A stretch of 64,000 nt of DNA from Selaginella moellendorffii (GCF_000143415.4 NW_003314310.1:924611-988610), one strand, 5' to 3'; counted from the first letter of the stretch, positions 1 through 12,556 are shown. Notes: a model not told the origin generated them from the sequence alone. Program-made: numbers and translations.

Positions 1-703
1 GCGTTTGACGCAGCAAACAAGCTAATGTAGTTGTGGTAAACAACTATAGTTGGGATCACGGGAAAGATGCAGACTCCAAAACAATAAAGGAGTCACAAGA
101 TTACCTTTATATGGTTGAGGCTGGTACTCATAAATTTGAGACTGGAATTGTTGACCGTGGGAGGTCAAATACAGAAGAGGACACCAGTCCTTGAAATGGT
201 AGCCGGGGTTACCTCTAATAAATGCTGGAACAACCCAAGGAGTTGGGGGTGTACTTAAAGATGAGTTAGTCCTAAGGGGCAAAGGTTAGCCCCAAGAAAA
301 TTATCAAGTGTCAGAGTAACATTTGCAAAGATTGTCCTTGTGAGTAGGACATGAATACAAGAAATTGTATTCCAATGAGTTGGCACCTCTAAAACTGAGA
401 CCTCACAGGTTGTTGGATTAGCAAAGTCCAAAATGCTAGATGACTCAAGCAGAGTCAGGGAATGGTCCTAAGGGATTGGTTGGAGCATTTGGACCGAGGT
501 GTATGGTGCCCCATGAGGTATGGGGAGGATCATAAGATCCAAGTATGAGAACAGTAGGTATCTCATTAATGGTAGAATGTGCCATACTAAAGTTGTGGGA
601 AATATGTTCCCAGAAGAAAGCAACTTTGGCCCAGAGTTGGGTGCAAACACTATGGTGCGGTGCTAACGGATAGTTAGCATGAGGAACAACTATATTAGTC
701 TTG

Positions 704-727
704 AAACTCTATTTCGTTAAAGTGGGA
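704..727 (+). repeat. Left TIR, copy 1 (24 bp)
   Basis: Inverse of 14089-14112 with 2 mismatches at positions 2-3. AAGTGGGA (720-727) also pairs with TCCCACTT (738-745). Confidence 0.9.
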
Positions 728-1155
728 ATTGTTATTATCCCACTTGTAAAATAAGGTTTCCAAACCTTTATATAGTATATAAATATAACAAAATTCAACT
801 GCATTGAGGCACATGCCATTTTATTTTAAACAAGGAAATGTCTACTCAATCACTTCTCCTCCCCCTGCCACTGCTTCACCTCTCTCTTCTCCTTGTCATC
901 GTCGTCCAATTTCTTTCCATCCTTTTAATATTGGCTCAGTTGCTCCAAGTCTAGGTGGAGCCCAAGTCCCCATTCAATCTTTACTTTCCCCTTATTAATA
1001 AAACAACTTCGTAGACTTCCAATAACATGCTATAACACGCTGTAACACTTCTAGTATAATGCAAATCCTCTCAAAGAATTGTCTTTTAATATTAATACAA
1101 TGGCATGGAACCCCATGCCATAATAAGTTACATTTTTAAATAAATACATGCCATC

Positions 1156-4100
1156 TCAGACTGTTATTTTTTGCCTCCAATGCCTATACAATAATCTTGG
1201 AATTTCATCACTCTCCACACTATCAGGATTTAAACCCAATAGTAATGCCATCTCTTCTCTAATACGTCCACGCTCATGTTCAGTGGTCGAAGAACCCATC
1301 CGGTTGAGCAGATTATGGAGATGCGGATAGTGCTTGGCTAGACAATATACATGCCATAAATGATGACTGGTGTCTGTCCGATCAAATGGCTTCTGATATA
1401 CCGTTCCATCTGCCATTTGGTTGATTTCTGCAGCCACCTCCTAGACTGGCCAGTTCTCTATCACCATCGCTTCAAGCCGTTTTGCAAGGTCCCCCAGAAC
1501 ATACGGTTTCTTCTCCCTAGTTTCCATACTGCAAGAGATGGGGTGCACTGCATATGTGTGCGTGTTTGCTGCAGTTTTAATCGGCGAGTCATCGATGATG
1601 AGGATTTCACTTGACCTAGCAGTCCGGTTCATCACTACAGCCTCTGCCTTGACGAAGATGGGCTTGCTACCCCTCACATGGACCATAGTCAAGCAATCCT
1701 CCTGCGTTAGGAGAAAGTCAAATGGTAATATTACTCGCGTCTGATCGTGCATCATCTGTAGCAACGTTAATGCATTGTGGCGCATCATGGATGTCCAAAC
1801 TCCCAATTGCAAATTGAACCCGGCCCTCTGTTTTAAGTGTCGCATGGTCATTATTAGATCCCGCAGTTTCTCCCGTGTGATTAATGTGAATCTGTCTCTT
1901 TTGACCAACTTGCGACCGCAGGCTTTGGAGGGTGCAGTGACATTCGAGGACGAGCCACGCTCATGGGAGAAAAGGACACCGTTCAGATCAAAAACGATAC
2001 AGTACTTTCGCCGTGACTCTGAAATGAAATGCGTCAGCATAAAAAATGGTACAAGTCAATTTTACCATCTACAATATTAGCGAATGGTGCTCCCGATGGT
2101 CGTTCAGAGGGTTTTGGTCGAGGAAACGTGAAGGGCGGAAATACTCTCCTCTGCAATGTGGGGTCAATCGCATCCGATGGCGTGTGGGCACATGCCATTT
2201 CAGCTGTAGACTCTGGTACAACTGGCTCAACAGTGGCATGGGGTGGTTCCGATGGTGTGTGATCACACGCCATTTCAGCTGGTGCCTCCGTTGGCAAAGT
2301 GGACATGACCGAACAGGCAGCAGGGGCGGTGTAGGGAGGTTCCAACGGCGCGTAGTCAGACGATTGGGCACACGTTGGAAATGAGGATACGACCGGCTCG
2401 GCGGCTGGGGCGGCCTCATGCGGGTCCAATGGCGCCTGGTCACCGTCAGTTGGATACGTGGACAAGATTGACTCAGTGGTATGGGCAGCATCAAGTGGAG
2501 CGTGGTCAGCTTGCTTGGCATTGATATGGATAGTAGCCTCCACCAGCTCTGATGACTCTTGCAGGCAAGTAGAGTCCACTGGCGGATCCATATGCATGTC
2601 CAAATATCTCCCTTCGATTGAGATGGTATCCTCCCGTGCTACTAAAAACAAACTCATTAGCACATTGAATCGACTATACTGTATTTACCATCAACTGCTA
2701 TTGAGGAACTAGGACCGATATCACTTGGGCGCACTGCTGATTCTGAAGGATTGGACATACGTTTCGACCCTTGCTTGGCACTATCCTTCCTCGACACTAA
2801 AGGCTAGAGTTTGTATCTTAATTCAACTGAATAATCTCTACTTACCATTTCTTCTGCGACCTACATGGACAATGTTAGAAATGGTAAAAGGTTAGGAATG
2901 GATGTACTATTATTTACCTGATGGTTTGTCTTGTATGACCTTCCTCCGCTGCTCTTTGGCCACCTCAGGCTGGCCATCGTCGTCATCATCGTCATCGTCG
3001 TTATTGTGATCGTCACCATTGTGAGGACCATCCAAGTCCTCTTCGTCCTCCTCTTCTTCATCCTCCTCTTCTTCGTCCTCCTCTTCTTTGTCCTCCTCTT
3101 CGTCCTTCTGCTCTTCCTGCTCATTATCTTTCTCTGGCTCCTCATCCCCCTCTTGCATTTCTTCCATAGGCTGCTCAGGCTGGATTGCTTGTTTTTCCAG
3201 GACCATCTTGGAAAAATCATCTGGCCGAGTCTCCATCTCAAAATACAAGACATCCATAGCCTGTTTTAGTGCGTGACCTAGGACCGTATCCTCACCCGAC
3301 TGTCTTAACATGGTTTCTGCACGTTCTTGCACCCTTCGAAGACGACGAGATGAGAAAAACGTGGCCCTGACTTGAAAAGCATCCCTCATCCATTGTACCT
3401 CTCCATTGAGATTGGGGAAGGGGAGTCCGCCATAGGAATCTGAGTCAGAAGGTGGTGACTGGCTCCTTTCACTCAGCCCTTGATCTGCAATGAATGGCAT
3501 GAGCACACACGCCATAACCGCGAGGCATTACCTATCATCTTTTCGTTGCCCTTCTTCCTTTTCGAATCAAACACCTCTGATCCCGACGACTGTCCAACGT
3601 GCTTTCGCTTTTTATGACCACTGTCAGTTTGAGCTTGGCTGGTGCTTGCCTGTTTTGCCTTTGAAGAAGTGTCTCCTGCAAGGAATGGCATGAGACCACA
3701 CGCCATTGCAAATATAATTTGTACCTCCTTTTTTCCTATTGCTTGTCTGTTTGTCCTTCTTCGACGCGCCACCAGTGCGCTTTTCAGTCCTCGTGTCTGA
3801 ATATTCACAACGATCTATAATCAAAATGGCGTGAGGCCTCACGTGACCTTACCTTGTGCAGGTTGTGAGCTCGGCCTAACATCAGTAGCTGTTAACGCCG
3901 TTTCAGCATCTGGGGGTGGCCACGCTCCTGCATACAGAGCTTGTGAGATAACATTTAAACCTAAAGTGCGTACTCACCAGGTTCGTAGAGAAGATACTGT
4001 TTTTCTTTGGCAACTGTAATTATATGCTCCATTGAAGTCACCTCTTCAATGGAGTTTGTCACCGCAACACACGGGACACCCTTGAGTAGTGCGGCTCGAA

Positions 4101-6760
4101 AGAATAGTCCGCCGCAGTTGTACTCGACAACGCATTTGCCCTTGGAGTCACCCGCTATTGCGTTGAAGACCCAGCTGAGCATTTCCCATGCTGCACCTGG
4201 AGCTTTCTTTGGATTCGAAAGCTCCATAGCCGTCTTCAGTTCCTCAGGCACGGGTAAATTGACCTCCCTCAGATCAATTCGATCGGCTTTGTTAAACGAA
4301 GCTGGGAAGTCACTCCAGTCCCACTCTGCTGCAGGACCAATAACAAGGGCGACTGTGAAGATGCGGACATTCGTCGGTATCTTCTTCTTAGCCATTATCC
4401 CATGGATCTCCCGCATCTCCTTGCCTTTCAACCGAGCCTTCACCTCGTTCAAGGCCTTCCAGAACTTGTGATAGGATTCGGAGTCGTAGATCATATAGTG
4501 GACTGAAGATTCCACCTCCGCAAGTCCCACCATTAAGTCAATGATGGAGCTGACTTCGTCTGCATGAGTGATCTCCTCGTTTGTGAAGTCCATCACACAA
4601 AGATGTTCTTGACCTGCTCATCTCCGCGGGAAACGATGCTCCTCCACCTTTGATCCTCATCCGAATTCACGTATACCCGGTAAGGTTCTCGATAGGCCTC
4701 TGCTGCAGGGTCGAGCTGTTTCTGAAGCCGGCGGTCGACATCCCTCTTAATGAAATTTGGATACTGATCCAACTTCTCAGCTTTACTTTTCGTGGCATCC
4801 CGCAGCAGATCGATGAACTTGGGGGCCCCCTTCACGTACTCGTCGATGTCTTCATTTGACAACTCCAGCTCTTCCATCATCTCTTGCGTGGTGTCGATGC
4901 TCACCCTCGCCACGGCCACTTGCTCGAAGATCCAATCCTTCAATAGCGCACGAGCTCTCAGAGTCGTGCACAAGTCCTCGTATGTCACAATATGGCCGGG
5001 AGTCATTTTGGTCTTGTTGAAGACTACCTCACCACGTAGAAGAGCATTAGCCACTGTCAGAAGGTCGTCGTCGTCTAGAAACCGCGAGAAATGCAAGGCG
5101 TTGAGCTTCAAATCATTGGGCTTCCGGCCGTCCTCCACACCCATTGAGTTTAGCAACTCCCCGTCATGGTACCTCCTCAGCACATCTACCCATTTGTCAA
5201 AAACAACTTTTGTCGCGAGTAGAATGTTATGGATGCTGAGTGTGTCATTGACCCCCAGTGTTTTCGAAAGAAGACTCGAGAATTCCTGCAATGGAAATGG
5301 CGTGAGGCCACATGCTATGCCACATGCAACGAGGCTTACTTGCCAGGCGCTAGTTGCTAGTGCACGTCCTTGTCCTGGTTTTTGTGGCTTCTTCAGTTGA
5401 ACCCAGAGCTTCCGTGTTCGTGCCAATGTCTCGTGCAGACCCGATTTGTAGCACGTTTCTTGCTTGACATTCTGCGCGTGGGAGATGTATATGATAGATC
5501 GGAGGGGCGAGTTGCCTTTTATCAGGCGGACAACTCTTGTCTTGAAGACTTTCTTCACCTCCTCGCCCACCATAATATCCACAACTATCTGTTGCATCGC
5601 CAAGCTAGAATGCTGCCCGAAGACGGCATAGAACCGGATGTTCTGATCGTCCAACACCTTCCTATTGATCAAGTCTGGAAACCTCGTCTCGCCCTTCATT
5701 GTTCGGTAGTAGGGGATCACGTCTGCGATGTCGGGTGTTACTGGACTTGCCAGCATCTTCTGCTTCAGTTTCTCCACCCACTCATCAGATACTAGCCTGT
5801 GGTTGTATTTGCTTTGGATCTCGATACGGCTCACGTCGATTGTATATACTTTGTTGGAATAGTAACAAGTACTATTATCTGCGACGATTTTTGCTGTCTC
5901 TTCTTGCTCTTTCTGCTCTTTGCGGCTCTTCTTTTTGGTGGGTGTAGTGTTCGAACCCGAGGCAATGGCATCACCGAGTAGCTTCTTTTTTGAAGCAGCA
6001 GAGTTGGATGTCGGCTTGAGCTTGACCACCCTTTTCTGCTTCGGGGTAGTTTCCAGATCGACCCCCTTCCCCTTCGCTTCGCTAACTGGAGGCACTCTCA
6101 ACGGCTCAATGTTGGAATATAGTTTTTGAACATCGCCGTAGGTTAGGTCCGTGGATTCCATGTGATCTTCATAGACCCGCAGCGTCTTTGAAATTGTGGG
6201 CCTCCTGGACAACCTCTCCCTAGCTCCCTCTAGGAATTCCTCATAGCCGCTGCCCCCCTCCGGGAAGCCGCTAGGATGTGCAAGGTGGATCTTGAAGGCG
6301 GACGCTGTCTCTACCACAAGTGCCAGTCCATATTCTTGCATGGAACTGCATGGAGTGTCTGTCACTTGGATGAGGATCCCCATGCATTCTTTTCTCCCAC
6401 CATCTGTGTTGTACAGCATCAGATCCTCGCCTTCCATCCCGAAAGTCCAACTGGTGAGCTCCTCCCCCTTCTCTGCATCCACATTGACAGTGGCTGGAAG
6501 AAGAACGCAATTCCTCGCCTGTTCAGAAATGCACAACAATTAGAGCTGACAGATGAAAAGCTAGCAGCTGGAAATAACGTGAGGCCACACGCCATTCACC
6601 ACTGCATCAGATGTCTTGAGGCTGCATCCTAAGATGGCGTGAGGCTACACGCCATCTGTAACCGGACTGCACTCGAGAGCCCAATCGGTGCATGCCAATG
6701 TTGCTACTGAATGGCATGTGGCCTCATGCCATTTTCTACTTCGTCTAAAAGACTTACCAT
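1156..6760 (-). pseudogene. Cargo gene, copy 1 (disrupted)
   Basis: Same exons: 6760-6758, 6518-5340, 5285-3978, 3927-3853, 3796-3725, 3675-3532, 3484-2918, 2860-2846, 2796-2689, 2641-2066, 2018-1156. Relative to copy 2 it has a 1-bp deletion frameshift near 4600 and CAG>TAG at 1441-1443. Confidence 0.75.
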
Positions 6761-9414
6761 TTGAAGCCGAATGGAGGCCGTGACAATCGAGGCCGGACTC
6801 GCTGGCGAATGTGCACTGTGTGTGCAGCGGATCGTAGCAGCAAGGCTACTCTGCCACTTACAGTTGGAGAGTGGCGCTGAAATCTCCCGGGACGCCAAGT
6901 GGGCTGCGTGTGGGTGGCGGAGTGGGCGGCGGAGTTGGCGGCGAAGTTACAAACTGGGTGTGTCTTGAAGTGGACGCCGATGCACACGAGCGCGATGCGA
7001 GCGCGAGTGTGATGCAAGCGCGAGTGGACGCCGATGCACACGAGAAACCTGTAGAGAAGTGAGCGTGATCGCGAGTGGGAGCGCGATGCGAGCGGGAGCG
7101 CGAGTGTGATGCGAGCGCGAGCGCGAGTGTGCGAGCGCGAGTACAAAGCAAAATGCAAAACCTAACCTCACACGCGCGAAATGTCACAACGGTTGGTAAT
7201 CCCGCCACGTCATCATTCCTCGGACTTGGGCGCCACCATTAATTTCTGGATTGCCGCGCGCATGCAAGCACGCAAAATCCAAAAGAAATCCGCAACGTCA
7301 TCATTCCTCGGACTGCATGCACGCGAAATCCAAAAGAAAGATCATGATTGGGATATCATTTAATACCCTCGCTATATTTATACCATGCATGATTGGATAT
7401 TCCAAAGCATCTTGTATTTCCAAAAATGGCAGATGTTCAGCTAAATAAAGAAATTCTATCTGTTTCTATTTTATTCTCAAATCAATATTATAGCGTGTGG
7501 GCTCATGCAATTTTGAACCCAAAAAATGCACCAAAAAATTCTCGGCGTCATCTGGCATTATCTCTTGAATGGCGTGGGGCCGCATGCCATTTTCAGGGGC
7601 ACATAGGAGTATATTCCTAGGATATTCTGACACGCGCGAGATTTTTTTGAGTTTTCTGGAGATCCAACCGTTAGATCGCAACTAGATTTTACAGAATGGT
7701 ATACAATGTCTTTCTTGATGACCCTGCAAAGAAGCATCTCGATCGGACACCACATGAGACCACACGAGCCTTACAATGTTTCAGGGGCATTTGCCATAGA
7801 TCCGACCGTTATTTTGCTCCAAGATTTTACAGTTTGGTGTGCATTGACCTTTCCATCGAAACTGCAAAGGGACATCACAATCAGATGTGGGATCACAAGA
7901 AACTAACTTCACTAACTCTAGTTTCACCAAGATCTACGTAAGGAGTTATGAAATGAAAGGACCCTCTCTATTGAAATGTGTTTATGGTCCTAGGGGCATT
8001 GTGACATATCAAAGGATTTTGCATTAAGTTCTGTATTTGCATGTTTATCAAACTACTGAATTGCTAAACCCTAAACCCTAAACCCTAAACCCTAAACATG
8101 TGGCAAATGCTGCGTGAAGAAAGATGCCCTTTCTGGGCAAATGCTGTAAGAGGCAGATGCCGAGCAGATGTATCTCAGGCTAGCGAAGGGGACAAACGAA
8201 AGCTAGCTATAAACATGACGGGATGCAAATAGATTACTAGGCTGGTCCTACGAAAATCAAAAACCATAATTGAAAACATTGAAAATGCAAAAAGAAAGGT
8301 TTATAATATTTTTGAATTTTAGGCAACCAAAGGAATGTAAGTAGGGCATGTGTTTGTAAGTTTAAAAATGCCTCAACCACTTAAATTCCCAAGTAAATAA
8401 AGCTGTTTCTATTTTTGGTACAGGTAAACTTTATAGCGTGTGGGCTCATGCAATTTTGAACCCAAAAATGCACCAAAAAATGCTCGACTAGCATTATTCT
8501 TTGAATGGCGTGTGGCCTTATGTCGAGCATTATTCTTTGAATGGCATGTGGCCTTATATTGCCATAAATGGACGTACACACACAGCATAATTATTCCTTT
8601 ACACGGCGAATAATCTTGGCGTGGATCGCTGACATGGCATGGCAAAGTTCGAATCACTGACATGGCACAGCTGGATCGAGGCAAGGACATGATGTGACAA
8701 AGTTCAAAGTCTAGAAGCTACTCAGTTTGAAATTTGTCAGAGGAATCATAAGATCTGGTTTGTCAGAGGATTTGATGTGACGTTCAAGCGTGTGTTATTT
8801 TTGAATTCTCGAACTCATTCCTAGGTCTATCATTTTTGTGCGCCGTGTTCTTGGTTCCGCTGAGTGCAGTGAGCGCTGCTTGTGTAAGCGGCGTTGTGGG
8901 CTGTGGTTTATGCGTCTACGAGCGGTTGCGGCATTGCGAGCGCCATTGCGAGCGGCAGTTTATGCGAGTGGCAGTTTGTGCGAGCGGCGCTACGAGCAGT
9001 TGCGGTGTTGCGAGCGGCGCTACGAGTAGTTGCGGTGTTGCGAGCGGCACTGTCTTTGGTGTGGCTACCGCTTCCTCTTGATATTCGGCACTTGTGCTTC
9101 CTGGTATGTTCACCATGGAATGGCTTAGGACCACATTTAGAAATGGCATGAGGCCACATGCCATCTTGGGCCCTTGCAATTTCATGGCTAGCGTATTGTC
9201 ATGTATGTTTTTACTTGCCTGCAGCTGTGTGTATATCAAGATGACATGAGGCCTCATGCCAATTTTGTGAATGCGAAATTTCACGTGGGTGTCAATAGCA
9301 TGTTTGAATAATGGCATGTGGCCTCATGCTATTGAGGTTGTTTGGTATATTATGATTTAGGCCATTCTCCAATCATTTTTTGTATGGTCTTAACTTCTTT
9401 TCTGCACTTTCAGA
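6761..9414. promoter_or_regulatory. Divergent intergenic/5' UTR region of the two transposon genes
   Basis: Lies between head-to-head ATGs at 6760 (-) and 9415 (+). Contains CpG-rich TGCGAGCG repeats (about 6985-7142 and 8920-9050), teloboxes, palindrome-containing direct repeats and a probable 5' UTR intron at 9104-9413. Confidence 0.6.
8064..8097 (+). repeat. Interstitial plant telomere repeats (telobox), (CCCTAAA)n
   Basis: CTAAAC(CCTAAAC)4. Shorter in copy 2 (24166-24185); same length in copy 3 (62134-62167). Confidence 0.85.
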
Positions 9415-12400
9415 ATGGCCTTCAGGGTTGGGGAAAAGGTTTACATTTTGAATGGTGGGAAGAGAGTTGCAAAAGGGACCCTTGTGTCTATGGATCGGAA
9501 CTTTGTTATACACTGTGAAAGGCTTGGGGAAGGCAATGCTGCTGTATCAGTAGAGACTGTCTTCGATGGGAATGTGGTCGCTATTGAACGAGGAGAGATG
9601 GTCGTCGGGGTAAATGTTGTTGTTGCCTTGAAAAATCTTCAGAAGAAAGCAGATGTTGGGGACAGCGCAAGTGCGACGCATGTTCCCTCCGTGGATCTTA
9701 AGAACCGTGCTACATGGATTCAGGCAAAAGTGTTTCTAAACAACCCCGAGGGGGAGGTGGTAGTTGAGGGCTTAGCCACAGTTGTCGATCCAAGAGATGC
9801 GGTTGCTAATCAAGAATTGGGCTGGGATGATATTGGAGTTGCGATTTTAGAGGTTGTTGACACAGAAGAAAACAGTCTGACTATTGGAAGCATTGTGCGG
9901 TGGAAATTGAGGCACTTAGTGTTTGAGAGTGTGAAGGATTCACAATCAAACACCACTACAACTGATGACAGAACATCTCTTCATGGGAAAAGAAATTACA
10001 CCTTCCTAAAGCGCAGCCAAAGGGATCTGAGCAACGAACCGAAAAGGCAGAAAATGGCGATGGAGGTTCGAATGGTCTCGACAGTTGCTTGTTGCAAGAA
10101 GAGGTGCTGTCAACATGCTGATTGGGATGCTATTGAAGAGGAGAGAGCAAGATACAAGACATTGTCCTGGAAGGCAGCTCGCAATTTTGTGTATGAGGCA
10201 TTATGGTCATCTGTTGATGCTTCAGAACATCAGGTGGGGGGCATGGTCTTCCAGAGGGGTTTGGTCTGCATGAAGGCATGGAGAATCATTTATGGAGTCC
10301 CTCGAACCACATTCTACAGAATCAAAACTGAGTTCGAGGAACAAAGGGTTCAACAGGCAGTCCATGGGAACGACGGTACGCACAAAACCAGGGGTCATGT
10401 TGTATATGGAGAGGCAATCTTCAAGAGGTTTGTCGAGACATGTAGCGAGCAGCAACCACATAAAACCCGCCTCTTGGAAGATGGAACACGAGACACCCAA
10501 CGAGTTCTCCCTTCCATGTATACCAAGGGGGCCATATTGGAAGATGTGAATCGGGAACTCCAGAGTAATGGCTACAGGAAGCTGAGCCAATCTAGATTTA
10601 GTAGATTGTGGAGCAACAGGTTCAGGGATGTGAGTATAGGAAAGTACTCCAGCTTTTCAAAGTGTGACGAGTGCACTGCTATCAAAATGGCTTTGTCGAA
10701 GAATTCTTGCAGCGCTCAAGAGCGAGAGACGTTGGTTAGAAGGCGGCTCGACCACAACATCGAGCAGAGAAGCTGCAGGACTGCATATTATCATAACAGG
10801 ATTCTCTCCATGGAGAGACCTGACTCTTACCTCTGCATCATCCACGACAAAATGGACTAGAAAAAGACGTGCTTACCTCGACTCAATCCTACCCCCAAGG
10901 CAATCTCTTCATCCATGCAGCTGCCTGTGTCTCTGTTTGGCATAATCGCTCATGGGCATGGTGCCCAGAACTATGGGAACTTCTTTGTACCTCTATGGGG
11001 TGGCGGGGGTGCAAACATGATGATTGCGTCCCTAGCAAAACACTTAAGCTCTCTGCAAAGTGCGCAGACTGAGCTGAACGGCCAACCCTTGCATAAGGCC
11101 CTTGTCGATCGAACCCCATACAAGGTTCAGCTGGAGGAGGAGCAAAGGCTTGCAGTATCGCGTGGGGCCCCATGCCATCCCAGTGAATATGTTGGCCGTC
11201 AGATTGTAGGGTTATCACGTGAGGCCTCATGCCATTCCGACGAGGCTGGTTGCCCGGTGAATGCACAGCCTCATCCAAACGAAGCAGAATCTCAAGGAAG
11301 TTCTTGCGGCCGATGTGGCCTTCCACCCCATCTTCTGCTCCAAATAGACAATGCTGGCAGTGAGAACAAAAACATGTACGTCTTCGCGTACTTGGCGATG
11401 CTTGTTGCCAAAGGCATATTTGAAACGGTTACACTTGGCTTTCTCATGGTTGGGCACACTCATGAAGACATCGATGCCATGTTCAGTCACCTGGCAGAGT
11501 CCCTCCGGCGATCCAATGTCCTCACCCTCCCACAACTCTACGATGAATTCCAAAATTGCATCAAAGGCACTGTTGAAGCTGCACTTCTGACAGAGGTTCC
11601 AGACTTTAAGGGGTTTGTAAGAGGCTACATCAGGGACGGATCCGAAACGCTGATTGGCCACTCCAAGCCTCTTCAGTTTCATTTCAGCATGTGTGACGGT
11701 GCTCCAGTGATGAGGTACAAGATGAGAGAATGGGACACAGTGTGGCTGCCAGTGGACGGCATTGAACTCTTCAAGAGAGATCCCATAACTGGGGAACCTA
11801 TGATTCCTCAGGGTTCCCCACGGCCGATGCACCCGGATGGACTCAAAGACCAGGAAAGTATAGTGGCCGGGATTAGACAGCATATTGCCTTCTGGAAGAG
11901 GGGGTTGGTGTTTGGTGGAGAATCCTATTTTCAGAGGTGCAAGCCTTTGCTCGAATACTGGGAGAAGATTATATCTGCTATCCAAAATGGGCCGGTTGTA
12001 TATGAAGAATTGGAAGAGTCCTTTTGGCCAGAACCCAGAGCACCAGATAGTAGCGGAACAATGTCCTCTGGAAATGCAGTGACAGATAACGATGTTGAGG
12101 ATCACTATTGTGGGCCGAGGAACAAGAAGCCAGATTCAACATTCAATCCAGTACAGGTCTGCAAAGGAATGGTCGTGCTTGTCAGACCCAGTAATAAAAA
12201 ACAAATGATATGGGTGGGGCGCTGCATCACTGATGCAGAGGAGGACGCGGAAACTAACTCCTTCAATGTAACTGTGGAGTGGTTCAAGCCAAGTTCCGGA
12301 TATACGAACGATTGCCTAGAAAAGAGATGGGTGCTGAATCCAAGGGATCCCAGCATGAGCATATCGGTGGATAATGTTGTGCATGGTTGGATGCGGAAGC

Positions 12401-12556
12401 AGAGTGCCACCATCACCTTGCCAGACCATGCAAGAGATGCAGCAAGAGCATTCATAACCCGGGTTCAAGGTGAGATTCATTAATATTCCTTTACTAAGTT
12501 TCTAATGTATTTTATTTCAAGGTGAACAATCCGAATCTGAATCAGAGGAGGCGTGA
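9415..12556 (+). pseudogene. Sola1-like DDD transposase, copy 1; one in-frame TAG at 10858-10860
   Basis: ORFs 9415-10860 and 10915-12483 are in the same frame, separated only by the TAG (IIHDKMD*KKTCLPRL). Motifs: CC..CC/C Cys cluster, FSKCDEC, IIHDKMD, LQIDNAGSENKN, FLMVGHTHEDIDAMFS. Probable 52-nt terminal intron 12470-12521 and last exon GEQSESESEEA* ending at 12556. Confidence 0.82.

Noticed and set aside
659-672. GGTGCTAACGGAT upstream of both copy 1 and copy 2 (16561-16573) as a target motif
   Set aside because: Distance to the insertion differs (about 30 vs 3 bp) and it is not seen beside the visible end of copy 3; likely a host internal repeat.
698-703. 6-bp TSD (TCTTGA) for copy 1
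   Set aside because: Copy 2 supports only 4 bp; the 24-bp TIR with a 4-bp TSD fits both copies and the empty-site homologues.
6754-7208. Arg/Ser/His/Ala-rich ORFs (also 8836-9317 and equivalents in other copies)
   Set aside because: Products of GC-rich short repeats in probable UTR or promoter DNA; lengths vary with repeat number.
11227-12105. 292-aa antisense ORF in all three copies
   Set aside because: Shadow of the transposase frame; copies are too similar for its persistence to be informative; no motifs.
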